Source: Basidiobolus meristosporus CBS 931.73 (Eukaryota; Fungi; Basidiobolomycota). Taken from it: a DNA stretch of 64,000 nt. How positions within the stretch are numbered: position 1 is the first letter of the stretch; each line of letters opens with the position of its first letter. The stretch lies in contig MCFE01000074.1 in assembly GCA_002104905.1 (NCBI GenBank), positions 121,106-185,105 on the forward strand, given 5' to 3'. A program made the translations under genes and the position numbers. The notes under the pieces are model-generated. The model was not told the DNA's origin and did not search any database. It saw only the letters and a program-made list of their open reading frames with translations. Of the stretch, positions 25,792-38,420 are shown piece after piece.

Positions 25792-26885
25792 TTAGTTGAC
25801 TTTGTTCGCTTTAGACAATGACTTGTTGCCCAACGAGATCACGCTATCCCGGAGGGTGGTGTAAACGCTTCCGACAAATGCTGGGATTTTCGGATTTGCG
25901 GTGGGTGGTAGGATCCATTTGTCCATACGGGTGCGAATTTCACCAAAAACGGTGCGAATGTGAGGGGAGGTCGCATATCGTAATCTTAAAAAGTTCCCGT
26001 AAAAGAGAACTGCCAATGGAGACAAGTTGAAGCTAGGATTGAGAAATGGGTTAGATGGTTCTGGTTAGACATTGGCTCATGTATGATGTAGTCTCACGTT
26101 AAGACCTCCATTAGAATGATGGACATGACTCCAAGGACCTCGATATGCGAAATAACCCCGATGCACTTCTCGTAGTACACGTTCTTGAAACTCTTGATGG
26201 ACTCGGACACTTGTTGGAAGATGCTCTTCGGCTGGCCGGGGGCTGTTGGCTGGTTAACGGATGGGATAAACGTTGGTAGGATTGCGGTGCGTACAAAGTC
26301 CACCACATGAAACGAAGAGTATACGCCGAATGGAACCAAGGTGACTAGAGCGGAGTTGTTAGGTCGTGCCATATAAAGCTACGCGTCTAATGGTACTTAC
26401 TGAAGACCGGAGACGAGAGCAACCATATCACCGCCATAATGAAATACTGGGCATTCTCGTCACTGACCAATTTTTGGAACAGTGTAGCATTGATCTGAGG
26501 AACCTATCATTGCGGTATACATATGGTGAGCTTGGCGAGGTTTCAGACCAAAATGATGAAACGATTGTTTACCCCATGTGTTTTCCACATAGTTATACCG
26601 TAACTAAGTATAGCACCCAGGTAGGCGATGTAGTACCATGGCTTCGAAGCATCATAACTGAACGGCCTCTTCAGAAAATAAATCAAGCTGGAGACCGTAA
26701 CTATGGCATGGCCTAGCCACCATACAAATCGGGCGTTCTACCAGCCAAGGTACAAATCAGTTAGTTGAATTCTACATGCAAATACAGGCGACAAGCAACC
26801 GCACCATAGTTAGTAGCTTGATCCTCTCCACAAGGGGTTGTGCTTGTAAAGCATTGGGTTTCCTGGAAGGCGTGTTGGTGGGCAT
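25792..26885 (-). CDS. POM33: TMEM33/Pom33-family ER and nuclear-pore membrane protein; multi-exon
   Basis: FVWWLGH, YLGAILSYG, VPFGVYSSFHV, FYGNFLRLRY. Confidence 0.85.
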
Positions 26886-29285
26886 AGTGATTGGAAGATA
26901 GACTCGATGAATGCCGTTCGACCTAACGCAACGGTGTTAATAAAGGCCATCAGCTGCTGCTGATGATGATGTAGATCAACAATCCAACTGCCATTTTTTA
27001 GAATTGTGTTGGAAAACAGTCACTTGGATGTCATCGAACGTGACGAAGCACTAAAACCTCTAAATACATGCGCTCATTTAGATGAAATGCTTGATTAAAT
27101 GGTAGACGTAAGCACACTCTGGCCAGCACAGTCAGCCTATTCGAACCTATACCCGTCTATTTCCGTGCCCCCATCTCCATGCTGATACAAGGCCGCTTTA
27201 TGAGCATTTGATTCCTGTCTTAACCACAATCCAGCGTATGATACGTCATGTATTACTTCATGTTTACCCGTGGATGATGAATAAGCAACGGTACAGCATC
27301 GATTTTTCCGAGGCAGCGGGGCCAAGCTGGATGATGCATCTAATATTCTCATAGCAGTCATTCCTTAAAGCTTGGCTCTTATCTTAAAGTGAGGCTATCT
27401 TGTACCAGCGGTCACCAATCCATCCATCACTTGCGCCATCATCCATTCATCTCGGCTATCACAAGCTTTTCGAAGCCCTGCTACGTAGATATGGTTGTCA
27501 ACTGTGGTGAGCAATTAACCCGTGTGCAACATTAATGCAAGTGGATGATCCTAGAAGTAAGCAATATCAATCAAACTAGAATGGAGTTTAGTGATGAGCC
27601 ATGTGTTGACTTCATGGAGATGGTCGAATGGATTCCAACTGGTAGGATCCAGAATGCCCAATGCCCAATGCCAATATCCTATTAGAAATAAGGTTACAGC
27701 AAAGCATTTAATGCATTTCCAATCTCCCAGGGAGCGGTGTAACCGCGCTGGCTGACAATGTATTCCAGTTAACCTATTCCATCAGCACCTGAGTACCGGA
27801 TCGACTTACATCTGAAGTCGATTGCTTTGGAATGTTTCCCCAAGCCATAATTGGTAGTTTTGTCATAACTATGGTGAGGGAATGTTTAAACCAAACCAGG
27901 ACCAACCATTCTGTCAAACGAATGCCATATGTTGATTTTAGAACACATTGTGTACCATCTCTACGATTGGATTCCCCGTACCACAATAGATTCACTATCT
28001 CAACCTAAAGTGGCCAGAGTCCCATGATATCGGTCCACATTTCAGTGGGTTTTCCATAAACAGAAAGCCACCTTTTTCTCGCACCCAACAGGTGTTGGCA
28101 TCATTACTTTGGGGTGCCCTGGAAGCAGGCGCAATACCGCTACCCAATTGCTTAAATCAATCATGTGGAACCATCATGCCGCTTCATTAAAACAATGGAG
28201 TAATTTATAGCCTCGAATATTTCGAACATCCTGCTGGAACGAATGGCAAATATGGCAACCACATATGATTTATGCCAAGCAGCAATGTAAGATTGGTAGA
28301 TAAGTTCACCCAGCAGGTGTGCTATTCCGGGAAGGTAATACAGTCGAGTATTGACCAGAACAATTCCTTGATCGGCCAAGAGATCAGTGACCAGGCTACC
28401 TCCTCGCCCCCCAAGAGAGATTGGAGACCATCACCCACTTATCCGCCGCATCTCCCCTATGATATTTGTTTGTAAGGCCGCACCCCACGGATCTCGGGTT
28501 TCTCCGCAAGGGCACTTCGCTAGGGGCTTTCAGACATGGAAAAGTGGATGTTTGAGGTACATTCTAAAGCGAAATAAGCGCTTGATGGACTAGGGTGTCG
28601 CACGTCTGATTGGGGGAAGAGAGTCTCTTTGTCTAATCGGATGATGGAGATCAACGATTGGAGTACGCTGCCTTGACAAATATGGCTTGTGTCAATTTGT
28701 CCATATGGTGTCTACATGGTGTCTATATGCCGCCCCAACGTCATTGGTTGTCATTAAACTCGCTTGAGCTAGAGGTGAATAGGAGGCCATAGGGGGGCAA
28801 GATCCCTCCATATAGAGCACCCTTGGTGGGAGATTATCGTGATTTCGCGTTTATTTGATTCGCATACTAAGCAGATTATTGGATTGATTCGCATGTTAAG
28901 CATATCGGCCATGTCAAGTGCGAGAATCCGATTATTATGGCGATATTGGGCGATACTGAAAAGTTTTCTTCTGGCGGTCAATTATCATTCGAATAAGCTC
29001 TAATGGCTATTTCCTTTTTCGACGGGGTAGTATATGATTACCCAGTTGCTAATAATTGATTAAGTTTCACAAATAAGGGCATGATCACAGGCTACTCTTT
29101 CCAATATATAAGCCCAATGTAGGATTGGGTGGTAGTTCGTCTTCACCTTCGACCCGTTTCATACAGCCGCCTTTATCTGACAATCCTCCCGGTGTCTTTC
29201 ACTTCAACGGTGAACAGAACCTGATCGTTTATTTGGGTTCTCCGTCCTCGTTAAATTCTCGTACTCATCCTCAAATCTCGCAACA

Positions 29286-32200
29286 ATGTCTTCCGAAAAC
29301 CACAACGGCGCCCTTTCCGCCCACACTGAGGATGATCCAATGTCTACTGCCACTCACCACAGCAGGGTTGTGTTCCAGGATCTGGAGAAGCCTGCTCGTG
29401 TCAACGAGACCTTCAACCCTGTTCCTGCTGCCAGCCCACAAAAGCCTGAATCTCCCCCTCCCACATCCGAAAAAGCAACCTCCAAGAGTAAGAATGTTGA
29501 CATCACGGAGCACTTGATGACCATCGACGAGGTCTCTCAAAAATACTCCACTTTGGTGAACACCACCAAGCCAGCTGACAGCACTGGTATCTCCCAGGCA
29601 CAGGCTGCCAAGGGGCTTGTGGAGTATGGACCCAACGTTCTCACTCCTCCCAAAACAAAGCATCCTATTATCCTATATTTGGAGTGTGTAGCCGGTCTTT
29701 TCAACTTGTTGTTGATCCTCGCCGGTATCTTGCAATATGTTCTTTTGGCTATAGATCCCGTGGAGAACCAGGCCAACATCTATCTCGGCGCTATTCTTAT
29801 CGTTGTCGCTCTTCTCAACGCATTCATCGAGTTCTTCCAAATGCTCAAGAGTGCCGCCATTCTCGCATCTTTCTTGAACATGATCCCTGCCAAGTGTTTC
29901 GCTATTCGTGAGGGGAAGCTCGCTCAAATGTCTGCTGCCGAGCTGATTCCTGGTGATGTGGTATTCACTCGCATGGGTGACAAAATCCCTGCCGATCTTT
30001 TGATTTTCCACTCCTCCGACATGAAGGTCGACAACTCCTCCCTTACTGGTGAATCCGAGCCCCAGGCCCGTGTCCCCTTTAATGATCAGCGCAGCCCCCT
30101 TGAGGCTTCCAATATTGCCTTCAATGGTACTCTCGTCGTTGCCGGAGAGGGATATGGTATCGTAATCCGTACAGGTGACAACACTGTGTTGGGCCAAATT
30201 GCCGGGTTGACTCAGGGTGAAAAGAAGCGCAAGAGTCCCTTATCTCTCGAAATCGATAACTTTGTCAAGACCATTGCCGGTGTTGCGGCATTCACCGCCA
30301 TCGTTTTCTTCATCGTTGGCCAAGTATTGTACGGAAAAATCTCCTTCACTCTCAATTTCGCCATTGGTGTCTTCGTGGCGTTTGTTCCTGAGGGTTTGCC
30401 TGCCACTGTCACTATGCTCTTGACCATTGCCGCCAAGAGAATGGCCGCAGCCAACGTCTTGGTGAAAGACTTGAAGGGTGTTGAAACCTTGGGCGCCATT
30501 ACCCTCTTGGCTACTGACAAGACAGGTACTCTCACCAGAAATCAGATGACAGTGACCAATGTCTGGAGTGGTTTGGTGATGTACACTGCATTCCCATCCA
30601 GTGGCAATCCCGAAATTCCCCTGACTGCTGATGCCCCAGGTGTCGATGAGATCATGCACAATGCATCGCTCAACTCTAGAGCCAAGTTCGATCGTGTCGA
30701 TGTACCCATTGAGGAACGTCAAATCTTGGGCGATGCCACTGAATCTGGTCTTGTCCGGTTTGCTGCCAAGAACCTCAATGATTTCGACAATATTGCTGCC
30801 ACATACCCCAAGGTGTTCGAAATCCCATTCAACTCCGACAACAAATGGGCCATGACTATCCACGAGAAGGTTCACGCTAACGGCGATCTTACCCTCTTCA
30901 TCAAGGGTGCACCCGAGCGTATTCTGCGCTTATGTAGCACCATTTTGATCAATGGCGAGGCGATTCCATTGACACAGGAGCACAAGGATTTATACGACCA
31001 GACATACGCTTACATGGCCGGCAAAGGTCACCGTGTCTTGGCATTTGCTCAGCTTCTACTCCCAAGAGACCAATATCCTTTGGGAACCGAATTCACCAAG
31101 GAAAAGAAGAACTATCCTACCTCCGAGCTTTGCTTTGTTGGTTTGACTTCGTTGGAGGATCCACCCAAGCATGGTGTTCGTGAAGCGATTGGTAGCTGCC
31201 GTTCCGCTGGTATTCAAGTCATGATGGTTACTGGTGATCACCCTCTCACCGCCGAAGCCATTGGTAGAAAGATTAACATCATGCTTTCGGAAACGAAGGA
31301 GATGGTAGCAAAGAGAACCGGCCGCCCTATCGAGAGTATCCAAGAGCACGAGTACTCTGCTATTGTCATTCACGGAGAACAAATCGATTCGTTAACCGAG
31401 CAGGACTGGGACATCATTTTCTCCAAGAATGAAATCATTTTCGCTCGTACCTCGCCCAAGCACAAGCTGGAGATCGTGAGACATGCTCAGGCAATGGGCC
31501 ATATTGTCGGTGTGACCGGAGATGGTGTTAACGACTCCCCTGCTCTGAAGAAGGCTGATCTTGGTATTGCTATGAATCAATCCGGCTCTGACGTCTCCAA
31601 GGAGGCTGCCGCCATGATCTTGCTTGATGATAACTTTGCCTCGACCGTGAAGGGTGTCAACGAGGGCCGTCTTATTTTCACCAATTTGAAGAAGTCCATC
31701 CAGTATACCATTACCCACAGTACTCCCGAAATTCTGCCCAACCTGCTGTACATTATTGTTCCCCTTCCACTCCCCTTGTCCGCCATTCTCATTCTTGTGA
31801 TCGATCTCGGCTTCGAAATGTTTGCCGCCTTGTCTTACGCCTGGGAGTATCCCGAAACCAAGAGTGGTTTGATGAAGTTGCCGCCCCGTAAGCCCGTTAC
31901 TGTACGCTCCGTTGCTCGCCTTAGAAGACAGCTGTCCAGACGTCCTCAATCCCATACGGATATTGAATCCGGGGCCGAGTTCAAGCCATCCAAGTTCAGT
32001 TTGTTCAAACATAGCATTACCGAAAAATTCACCTCCCAATACTGGGTGGAGATGTTTGAGGAGACTGACGATGAGGTGTTGGTCGATGCCGGTGTTCTTT
32101 CTTGGGGCTACCTCGAAGCAGGAATGATCGAATTCGTGGGAGCCATCCTCTCGTACTTCCTCGTTTTGTGGTTCGAGTTCAACATCTCGCCTAGCGAAGC

Positions 32201-32687
32201 TCGTAACATGCAGAAGAACAATTGCTTCCAAAAGGACTCTGACCCATATACCCTTACCAACGGCACTGTACTTGATGCCACGCAACAGAAGGAGGCGCTG
32301 AGCCAAGCTCAGAGTATCTACTACCTTTCGGTCATGATCATGCAATGCTTCAACTTGTTCGCTTGCAAGTGTCGTATCAGACTTCCATTTGGTAAATATA
32401 TGTTCAAGAACAAGATGTCCTTCATCGGATTGACCATCGGTGCCGCTATCGCTCTTCTCGTGGTCTACGTTCCGCCATTCAACGTCGTGTTCGGTACCTC
32501 TTATCACCTTAGCCCCAAGTGGTGGCTCGTATCGGTCGGATTCGGCATCCTTCTGTTCTTCTACTCTTGTGTTCGTAGAATCATCGCCAGAAAGAGAAAG
32601 CCCATCTCTTGGAATCCAGATATCGTTGGACTCCAGATGTATCCTACCGTCAGAACCGTCAAGTCCACCGGCACCACCGGAAAGTAA
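29286..32687 (+). CDS. P-type ATPase, type IIC (Na+/K+- or H+/K+-ATPase alpha-like), intronless
   Basis: TGES, DKTGTLT, KGAPERIL, TGDHPLTAEAI, VTGDGVNDSPALKKADLG, YGPNVLTPPK. Confidence 0.93.
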   Translation: MSSENHNGALSAHTEDDPMSTATHHSRVVFQDLEKPARVNETFNPVPAASPQKPESPPPTSEKATSKSKNVDITEHLMTIDEVSQKYSTLVNTTKPADSTGISQAQAAKGLVEYGPNVLTPPKTKHPIILYLECVAGLFNLLLILAGILQYVLLAIDPVENQANIYLGAILIVVALLNAFIEFFQMLKSAAILASFLNMIPAKCFAIREGKLAQMSAAELIPGDVVFTRMGDKIPADLLIFHSSDMKVDNSSLTGESEPQARVPFNDQRSPLEASNIAFNGTLVVAGEGYGIVIRTGDNTVLGQIAGLTQGEKKRKSPLSLEIDNFVKTIAGVAAFTAIVFFIVGQVLYGKISFTLNFAIGVFVAFVPEGLPATVTMLLTIAAKRMAAANVLVKDLKGVETLGAITLLATDKTGTLTRNQMTVTNVWSGLVMYTAFPSSGNPEIPLTADAPGVDEIMHNASLNSRAKFDRVDVPIEERQILGDATESGLVRFAAKNLNDFDNIAATYPKVFEIPFNSDNKWAMTIHEKVHANGDLTLFIKGAPERILRLCSTILINGEAIPLTQEHKDLYDQTYAYMAGKGHRVLAFAQLLLPRDQYPLGTEFTKEKKNYPTSELCFVGLTSLEDPPKHGVREAIGSCRSAGIQVMMVTGDHPLTAEAIGRKINIMLSETKEMVAKRTGRPIESIQEHEYSAIVIHGEQIDSLTEQDWDIIFSKNEIIFARTSPKHKLEIVRHAQAMGHIVGVTGDGVNDSPALKKADLGIAMNQSGSDVSKEAAAMILLDDNFASTVKGVNEGRLIFTNLKKSIQYTITHSTPEILPNLLYIIVPLPLPLSAILILVIDLGFEMFAALSYAWEYPETKSGLMKLPPRKPVTVRSVARLRRQLSRRPQSHTDIESGAEFKPSKFSLFKHSITEKFTSQYWVEMFEETDDEVLVDAGVLSWGYLEAGMIEFVGAILSYFLVLWFEFNISPSEARNMQKNNCFQKDSDPYTLTNGTVLDATQQKEALSQAQSIYYLSVMIMQCFNLFACKCRIRLPFGKYMFKNKMSFIGLTIGAAIALLVVYVPPFNVVFGTSYHLSPKWWLVSVGFGILLFFYSCVRRIIARKRKPISWNPDIVGLQMYPTVRTVKSTGTTGK

Positions 32688-32996
32688 ACCCTTACGTCCC
32701 CATCACCACGCGTGGCCTTTAGATAACTGGTCCCACTTCATTCCATCCTTCACTCTTCCCATAATTCTACCCATGTAATTTTATAATCGATATTTATAAA
32801 GAAAATATTATGAAACTTGGATTTAACGAATGATTCTTTGTTGGTGTGGAGATGTTGAACAGATGGCGATATTTACGCTACAGCCCACTTAACATGACGT
32901 CCATATTAGGCTCACCAATTTTGGTGGCATGGCGAGGACCATGCCAATAGGATTCTTATTCTGTCTTAAGCAGGCTCTCCCCTTACCTAGGATAAC

Positions 32997-35631
32997 ATGA
33001 CTGAGAACGCAGCTTTCAAACTCCTTGCCAATTTAGAGACACCAGAATCATGCTTGGAGCTACGCATTTCCTGCAAGTAACGTACCCACTTCGAGTTGTA
33101 TTGTACAGTGGTCGGTTTAGTAAAGTGAAGCTTCCCTAGAAAACTAGCCAAGATGGACCTTTGCTTTCCGTCCGACCCGGTGGTCGTGTGCCAGGTGCTC
33201 AAGGAGGGCGCTTGGCAGGAGGTTGGCCGGACGGAGTACATCCATAACGATTCCAACCCAAAGTTCACCACTGCCTTCCGGCTGGAATACCGGTTCGCCA
33301 CCGCGTTGCCGGTCAGGTTCAACGTATACGACTTCGACAAGCGCACCAGCTCGCTAGAGAAGGCGGAATTCATAGGGAGCCTTCAGACCACGCTCTCGGA
33401 AATCGGTGAGTACTAGGGTTTTCAAACTTGCTCCCATGCGTAGCTGGTACTCACCGTAAGCGCTTCAGTCAGTGCCCCCAGTTCCATCCTGGAAGGGCCT
33501 TTGGCCAACCCCAAAATCTCGAACCCCGGATTCATCCGAGTGGTGGCAGAGGAGACACTGGATTACAAAGACGTACTAAGGTAGGCTACTTGGGGCACTC
33601 CCCTCGACACAAGAACGCTCAGTAACCCGCTTCTTTGAAACAGCTTCCACCTGAGCGGGAAGGAATTGAAGAAGCCGGTTTGGATACACGGGAGAGTACC
33701 GGAGGGCCATACCGGGCACTAACGCTTTCTCTGGATGTAGGGGATCTTCTCTCGGTGTAAATTCTTCTATAGAATCAGTCGCTTTCAAGAGGGTGAGTCG
33801 GTTGCGTGGATTTCCCGGACCCCTACGAATCACTAATATTCCTCCCCAAGATGGTAGCTACGCACTGGTGTATCAGAGCGAGGTCCAGCATAAATCCGTC
33901 AACCCTGGGTGGGCCCCCGCATCTGGTTTGTCTCCCGCTTCCGTGTCGGGCCAATCCAGCCATTACTGACCATCTCTCTTAGTACCGGTCGTTCATATCT
34001 GTAACCGAGATTATGAAAGGCCGCTGTTGGTTGAAGTCATGGACTGGAGTAGATTTGGCAGTACGGTCGAATGATGTCACAAGGAGCCGTTCCCAATCCT
34101 AACATGGTTGAACCTCTCTAGAACATTCCCTGGTTGGCTACTGTAGTACTACGGTTCACGACCTCATGGCCGCCATTGGTTCCGAGCTATTGCTCAGCAA
34201 CGCCCACGACAAGAAAGGCGGATTGCACGGGAAGGTGTATGTGAGCGCATGTAGAATCGAGAAAAGTGAAACGTAAGGGCTTCGGTGTTTCCCTCTCACT
34301 TCCATGCGTGATTTGACTAATCACCCCACCCCGCAGCTTCCTCGATTATCTCCATGCCGGGGCTCAGCTGAGTATGACGGTGGCCATCGATTTCTCCAAG
34401 TCCAACGGTACAGTTGCAGTTGTGCTCAACCCATCCGCATCGTGCTGATCGTTTGAGACGTCAGGTGACTTTGGAAATCCCGCGTCGTTGCATTACCTTT
34501 CCAACTCTCGGCAAAACTCCTATCAAGAAGCCTTACGAGCCATTGGTATCCTGTTCAGCTTACTTTCCATCAACGGCGCACAGAAACTCATGCATCATTG
34601 TAGGAGGGGTCCTCGAGCCTTACGATTCGGATCGCAAGTTTCCCGTAAGTAAGCGGTGATGCTAAACAACGGTGCAGACGCTGATTCACCACGGCTTAGG
34701 TGTATGGGTTTGGTGGCGCTTTACCCGATGGGTCCAACCCACCGTTCTTTGCTCTGAATGGAAATGCTGTCAAGGTACGCGAGTAGTCAGGTATCCTACA
34801 GACTGTGGTACCAATCTTTGTTATGCATGCAGCCAGAGGTTGTTGGGACTCGGGGGATTCTCAGTGCCTATGAAAACGCCGTTAACGACATCATTCCAAT
34901 TGAACCAACTCGCCTAGCTCCAGTGAGTACATTGTGGGCTACGTTGTTCCCCGCTCTAGCATCTAACACATCAATAGGTGATCCATTCAGTATGCGATAA
35001 AATCAGTCAAGGCCTAGCCATCCCTTCTGTAGGAGGTGCACAGAACTACCATGTCCTAGTGGTGGTCACCGACGTAAATGTCGCCATATTTTCTTGCGTC
35101 TCTCAGCTACTTACTCGAAACTTAGGGACAGATTGATGACATGGAGGAGTCTGCCAAGGCGGTCATTCGTGGCTCTAAACTCCCGTTGAGCATGATTATT
35201 GTGGGGATTGGAAAGCAGAACTTCGATGGGATGGACCTCTTGGATGCCGATGACAATGTATTGGAGGTAGGTGGATCTTGACAATCAACATCCGGGCGAC
35301 CGCCGTTAATCAGATAATGTACAGGTCCATGGCGAGGTGGCAGAGAGGTAAGGTTGTTTCCTTGAATAGCTATGCATGGCATTGACCATTACGGATAATA
35401 GAGACATAGTCCAGTTTGTTCCTATCCGTGAGCTTACTAGCGGCGATCTCAGCAAGTTAACCGAAGAGGTCAGTTACTTTGTACACCCCCAAACTGGCAT
35501 GCCATCAACGCCTCTTCCTTCTTCAGGTATTACGGGAGATTCCTTCACAGTACATGAAGTATATGAAGAGCCATAACGTCAAGCCGATCCCCGTGGTAGA
35601 TCCAAAGAGGTCTGATTGGAGGCTGTACTAA
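32997..35631 (+). CDS. Copine (two C2 domains + vWA), multi-exon
   Basis: SDP..GRTE..NPKF..YDFD C2 motifs, FLDY..VAIDFSKSNG, EPYDSDRKFP, PLSMIIVGIG, RDIVQFVP. Confidence 0.9.
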
Positions 35632-35832
35632 GGCCGAGTGATCCATCAATAAATCCATGGTTGAAACCAAATTATTTATTTACTTATTTGGTCGGGAAGT
35701 ACGATTGACTTCCAATTGCTTACAAATTCCAAATGGATCCCAAGTAAAAAAAAAACGTTAAAGCGAGAAAATGGTCCCGGAATTTTCTTCACGTAACTTC
35801 GTTGTACATACTTTTTTCTTGTTACCGGTGAA

Positions 35833-38364
35833 ATGAGTCTCGCACAACAGGAGTGGGCCATCCTTCTAGGCAACGAACTTCCAAATGCCCAAGAGCCCTT
35901 GGATATCTTGGTCAATCACCTCATCAAGGGGAACTTCAAAGACGTTTTGACCTCCCAAGGTGCCCAGTTATTCTTTGGTACCAACTCCCCTCTCGAACAA
36001 TTAGGTGAAAATGTACACTTTTTGGAAAATGGCGATCTCGCCGCCTACATCACCGCTAGAGCAGATCAGTACATGAAGGAGCAGATGGAGGATTCCTCCC
36101 TGGGGGCTAAGAAGCAGCTAGAGCTCTTGTGTTACGGCATCGCCTGCTTGAATTCCTTCGTTCAAGCTGGCTGGACTGGACCAAAACTTTCAATCGAGGC
36201 CCACGAGATTTTGCCAGTAGATTGTCGCGGAAAGCTCCCAGAATTCAAACAGGCGGCGCTTCGAGCCTTGTCCAGTGATAGTGAGGATGTCTACCACTTG
36301 GCCCCACAGCCACTTTACTTGTGGTACGCAGTCACCTTACTCGCCAAAGTTGGAAGAAATCACTTCACCAATCTGAGCTCGGCTGAGTGGTGGGCCTATC
36401 GTGCACTTTTCATTCAACAGAAGATTTTGGATAATGGATCAGCCACCTTGCATGACGAGATCTACGCCCTCCTGGACGCCATCGAAAATCGCCTACCTAC
36501 CGAGGGTGCTTCACTCAATGCCAAGCTACTAGCTAGATATCGCATCGAACAAGGTATTGTCTGCCATTACTATCACCACGATCGCAAGGCTTTTGATCGC
36601 TTCACACAGGCCCAGGAAATTACTGGGTTGAAGTGGGAGTTAACCGGTGCCCTTGGTAAGCGTACCAAGTTCCAAACCTTCGACGTCTCCCAACTTGTGC
36701 TGTTGGCCAAGAGCGCCGAGGAGGAAAACCACGCTCCGGGAAATGCCCCCGAGACGCTTGCCTTAAACGACGACACCCTCCTGGAGTCTATCGAACTCAC
36801 CAACCCCGAGGAAAACCAGGGAAAGCAGGGCAACCTGAGAGTCATTGATCAATGCATCCTCTTGTCCCTTTGCTTGAACGTCAAGAACTCCAACCCCGCC
36901 AACGGTATCACCAACGAGCAAATGGTCCCTTACGTCACCCGTGTTCTCGAGAATCCTAACAACTGGATGGTCCACACCATGGGACTTTTACTCCGCTCCA
37001 GACTGGAGTCCAACAAATCCCGTACGGTGGAACGCTCCGCCCTTCAGCTGCAAGCTTTGGTGGATCAATTCTCGTTGGAGGAGTCCAGTGTGACCGAGAG
37101 ATTGGCCTACTTCTACACCATCGACCTTCCCTCCAAATGGGAAATGGAGAAGGAATTGGCCGAGAGATTCATGTCGTTGGGAGTGATTCGCAGCGCGTTG
37201 GAGATCTTCGAGAGACTGGAGACCTGGGAGGAGGTTATCCAATGCTACGCCTTGTTGGAGAAGGTGGAGAAGGCAGAGGCCATCATTCGGGAAAGACTCG
37301 CGATCGAGCCCAACTCCCCCAAACTGCACTGCATTCTGGGAGACTTGAGAAAGGAGCCCAGTCACTGGGAGCAGGCTTGGGAGATCTCTGGAGGACGCTA
37401 TGCTCGTGCCCAGCGCTCTCTTGGTAGCTACTACTTCCAGAAAAACCAGTTCGCCAAATCGATGAAGGCCTATCAGAATGCCTTGACAATCAACCCCCTC
37501 TTTGAGAACTCCTGGTTCATCTGCGGTTGCGCTGCCATGCAGATCGAGGAGTGGGACGTGGCCATTCAAGCATTCACCCGCTGTGTCTCGCTAGACAACG
37601 AGAACGGTGAAGCCTGGAACAACCTCGCATCCGTCTACCTGCGCCAACAGAAGAAGCTCGAAGCCTACCAGGCACTCCAACAAGGGCTTCGACTCAAGTT
37701 CGACAGCTGGAAGATTTGGACCAACTACATGTATGTGTGTGTTGACATTGGAAGCTTCAGCGAGGCGATTCGTGCCTTCGAGCGCGTGGTTGACCTGCGT
37801 TGGGAGAAGGACCGGGAGAGCTGCGTTGATGTGGAGGTCTTGCGAATCATCATCAGCGCCTGCACTCGTGATGTGAGTGACTTCTTCAACCAGCCAGTCT
37901 CCAAGTTGGCCAATCGCATCGAAGGCTTGCTGATGGAAACCATCACTTCCAGAATCACCCAAAACCCATCCATCTGGAACATTGTCGCCGATTTCTTCTT
38001 CTGGAAGGGCGACTACGTCAAATGCCTTGACTGTCACATCAAAGCCTATCGGGCTGTGCTGCACCAACAATCCATCGAGATTGACGAGAAGGTGTTCACA
38101 AGCGTCGCCGAGGCCGCTATAGAGATGGTCGACTGGTACCGGAACCTAGGCTCTAAGCCTGTCTGCGTTCCTGTCAACGCCGGCGACAGCACCGAAGATG
38201 GAGTCGTTCCAAAGAAGAGAATAGATGAGGTCGTCTGCAAAGACTGGAAATACCAGGCCAAGATGCTCCTGAGGAGCTTGATTGGCCGTACAAGAGATAT
38301 GTTCGAGGGCACGGCGGCTCATGATCGACTGGTTGAGGAGTTGAAGGAATTGAACTCGGAATAG
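35833..38364 (+). CDS. EMW1: TPR protein, TTC27/Emw1 family, intronless
   Basis: GALGKRTKFQ, NWMVHTMGLLLRSRLE, RTVERSALQLQALVDQ, and TPR repeats (EAWNNLA). Confidence 0.88.
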   Translation: MSLAQQEWAILLGNELPNAQEPLDILVNHLIKGNFKDVLTSQGAQLFFGTNSPLEQLGENVHFLENGDLAAYITARADQYMKEQMEDSSLGAKKQLELLCYGIACLNSFVQAGWTGPKLSIEAHEILPVDCRGKLPEFKQAALRALSSDSEDVYHLAPQPLYLWYAVTLLAKVGRNHFTNLSSAEWWAYRALFIQQKILDNGSATLHDEIYALLDAIENRLPTEGASLNAKLLARYRIEQGIVCHYYHHDRKAFDRFTQAQEITGLKWELTGALGKRTKFQTFDVSQLVLLAKSAEEENHAPGNAPETLALNDDTLLESIELTNPEENQGKQGNLRVIDQCILLSLCLNVKNSNPANGITNEQMVPYVTRVLENPNNWMVHTMGLLLRSRLESNKSRTVERSALQLQALVDQFSLEESSVTERLAYFYTIDLPSKWEMEKELAERFMSLGVIRSALEIFERLETWEEVIQCYALLEKVEKAEAIIRERLAIEPNSPKLHCILGDLRKEPSHWEQAWEISGGRYARAQRSLGSYYFQKNQFAKSMKAYQNALTINPLFENSWFICGCAAMQIEEWDVAIQAFTRCVSLDNENGEAWNNLASVYLRQQKKLEAYQALQQGLRLKFDSWKIWTNYMYVCVDIGSFSEAIRAFERVVDLRWEKDRESCVDVEVLRIIISACTRDVSDFFNQPVSKLANRIEGLLMETITSRITQNPSIWNIVADFFFWKGDYVKCLDCHIKAYRAVLHQQSIEIDEKVFTSVAEAAIEMVDWYRNLGSKPVCVPVNAGDSTEDGVVPKKRIDEVVCKDWKYQAKMLLRSLIGRTRDMFEGTAAHDRLVEELKELNSE

Positions 38365-38420
38365 ATCGATTTTGTCCCACCGTCGTCTTTATTATTGTAC
38401 ATTGGATGATTCCTTAATTT

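Noticed and set aside
26900-29280. Short ORFs in the 2.4-kb gap between POM33 and the ATPase
   Set aside because: No motifs or splice-consistent model found; treated as intergenic or regulatory.
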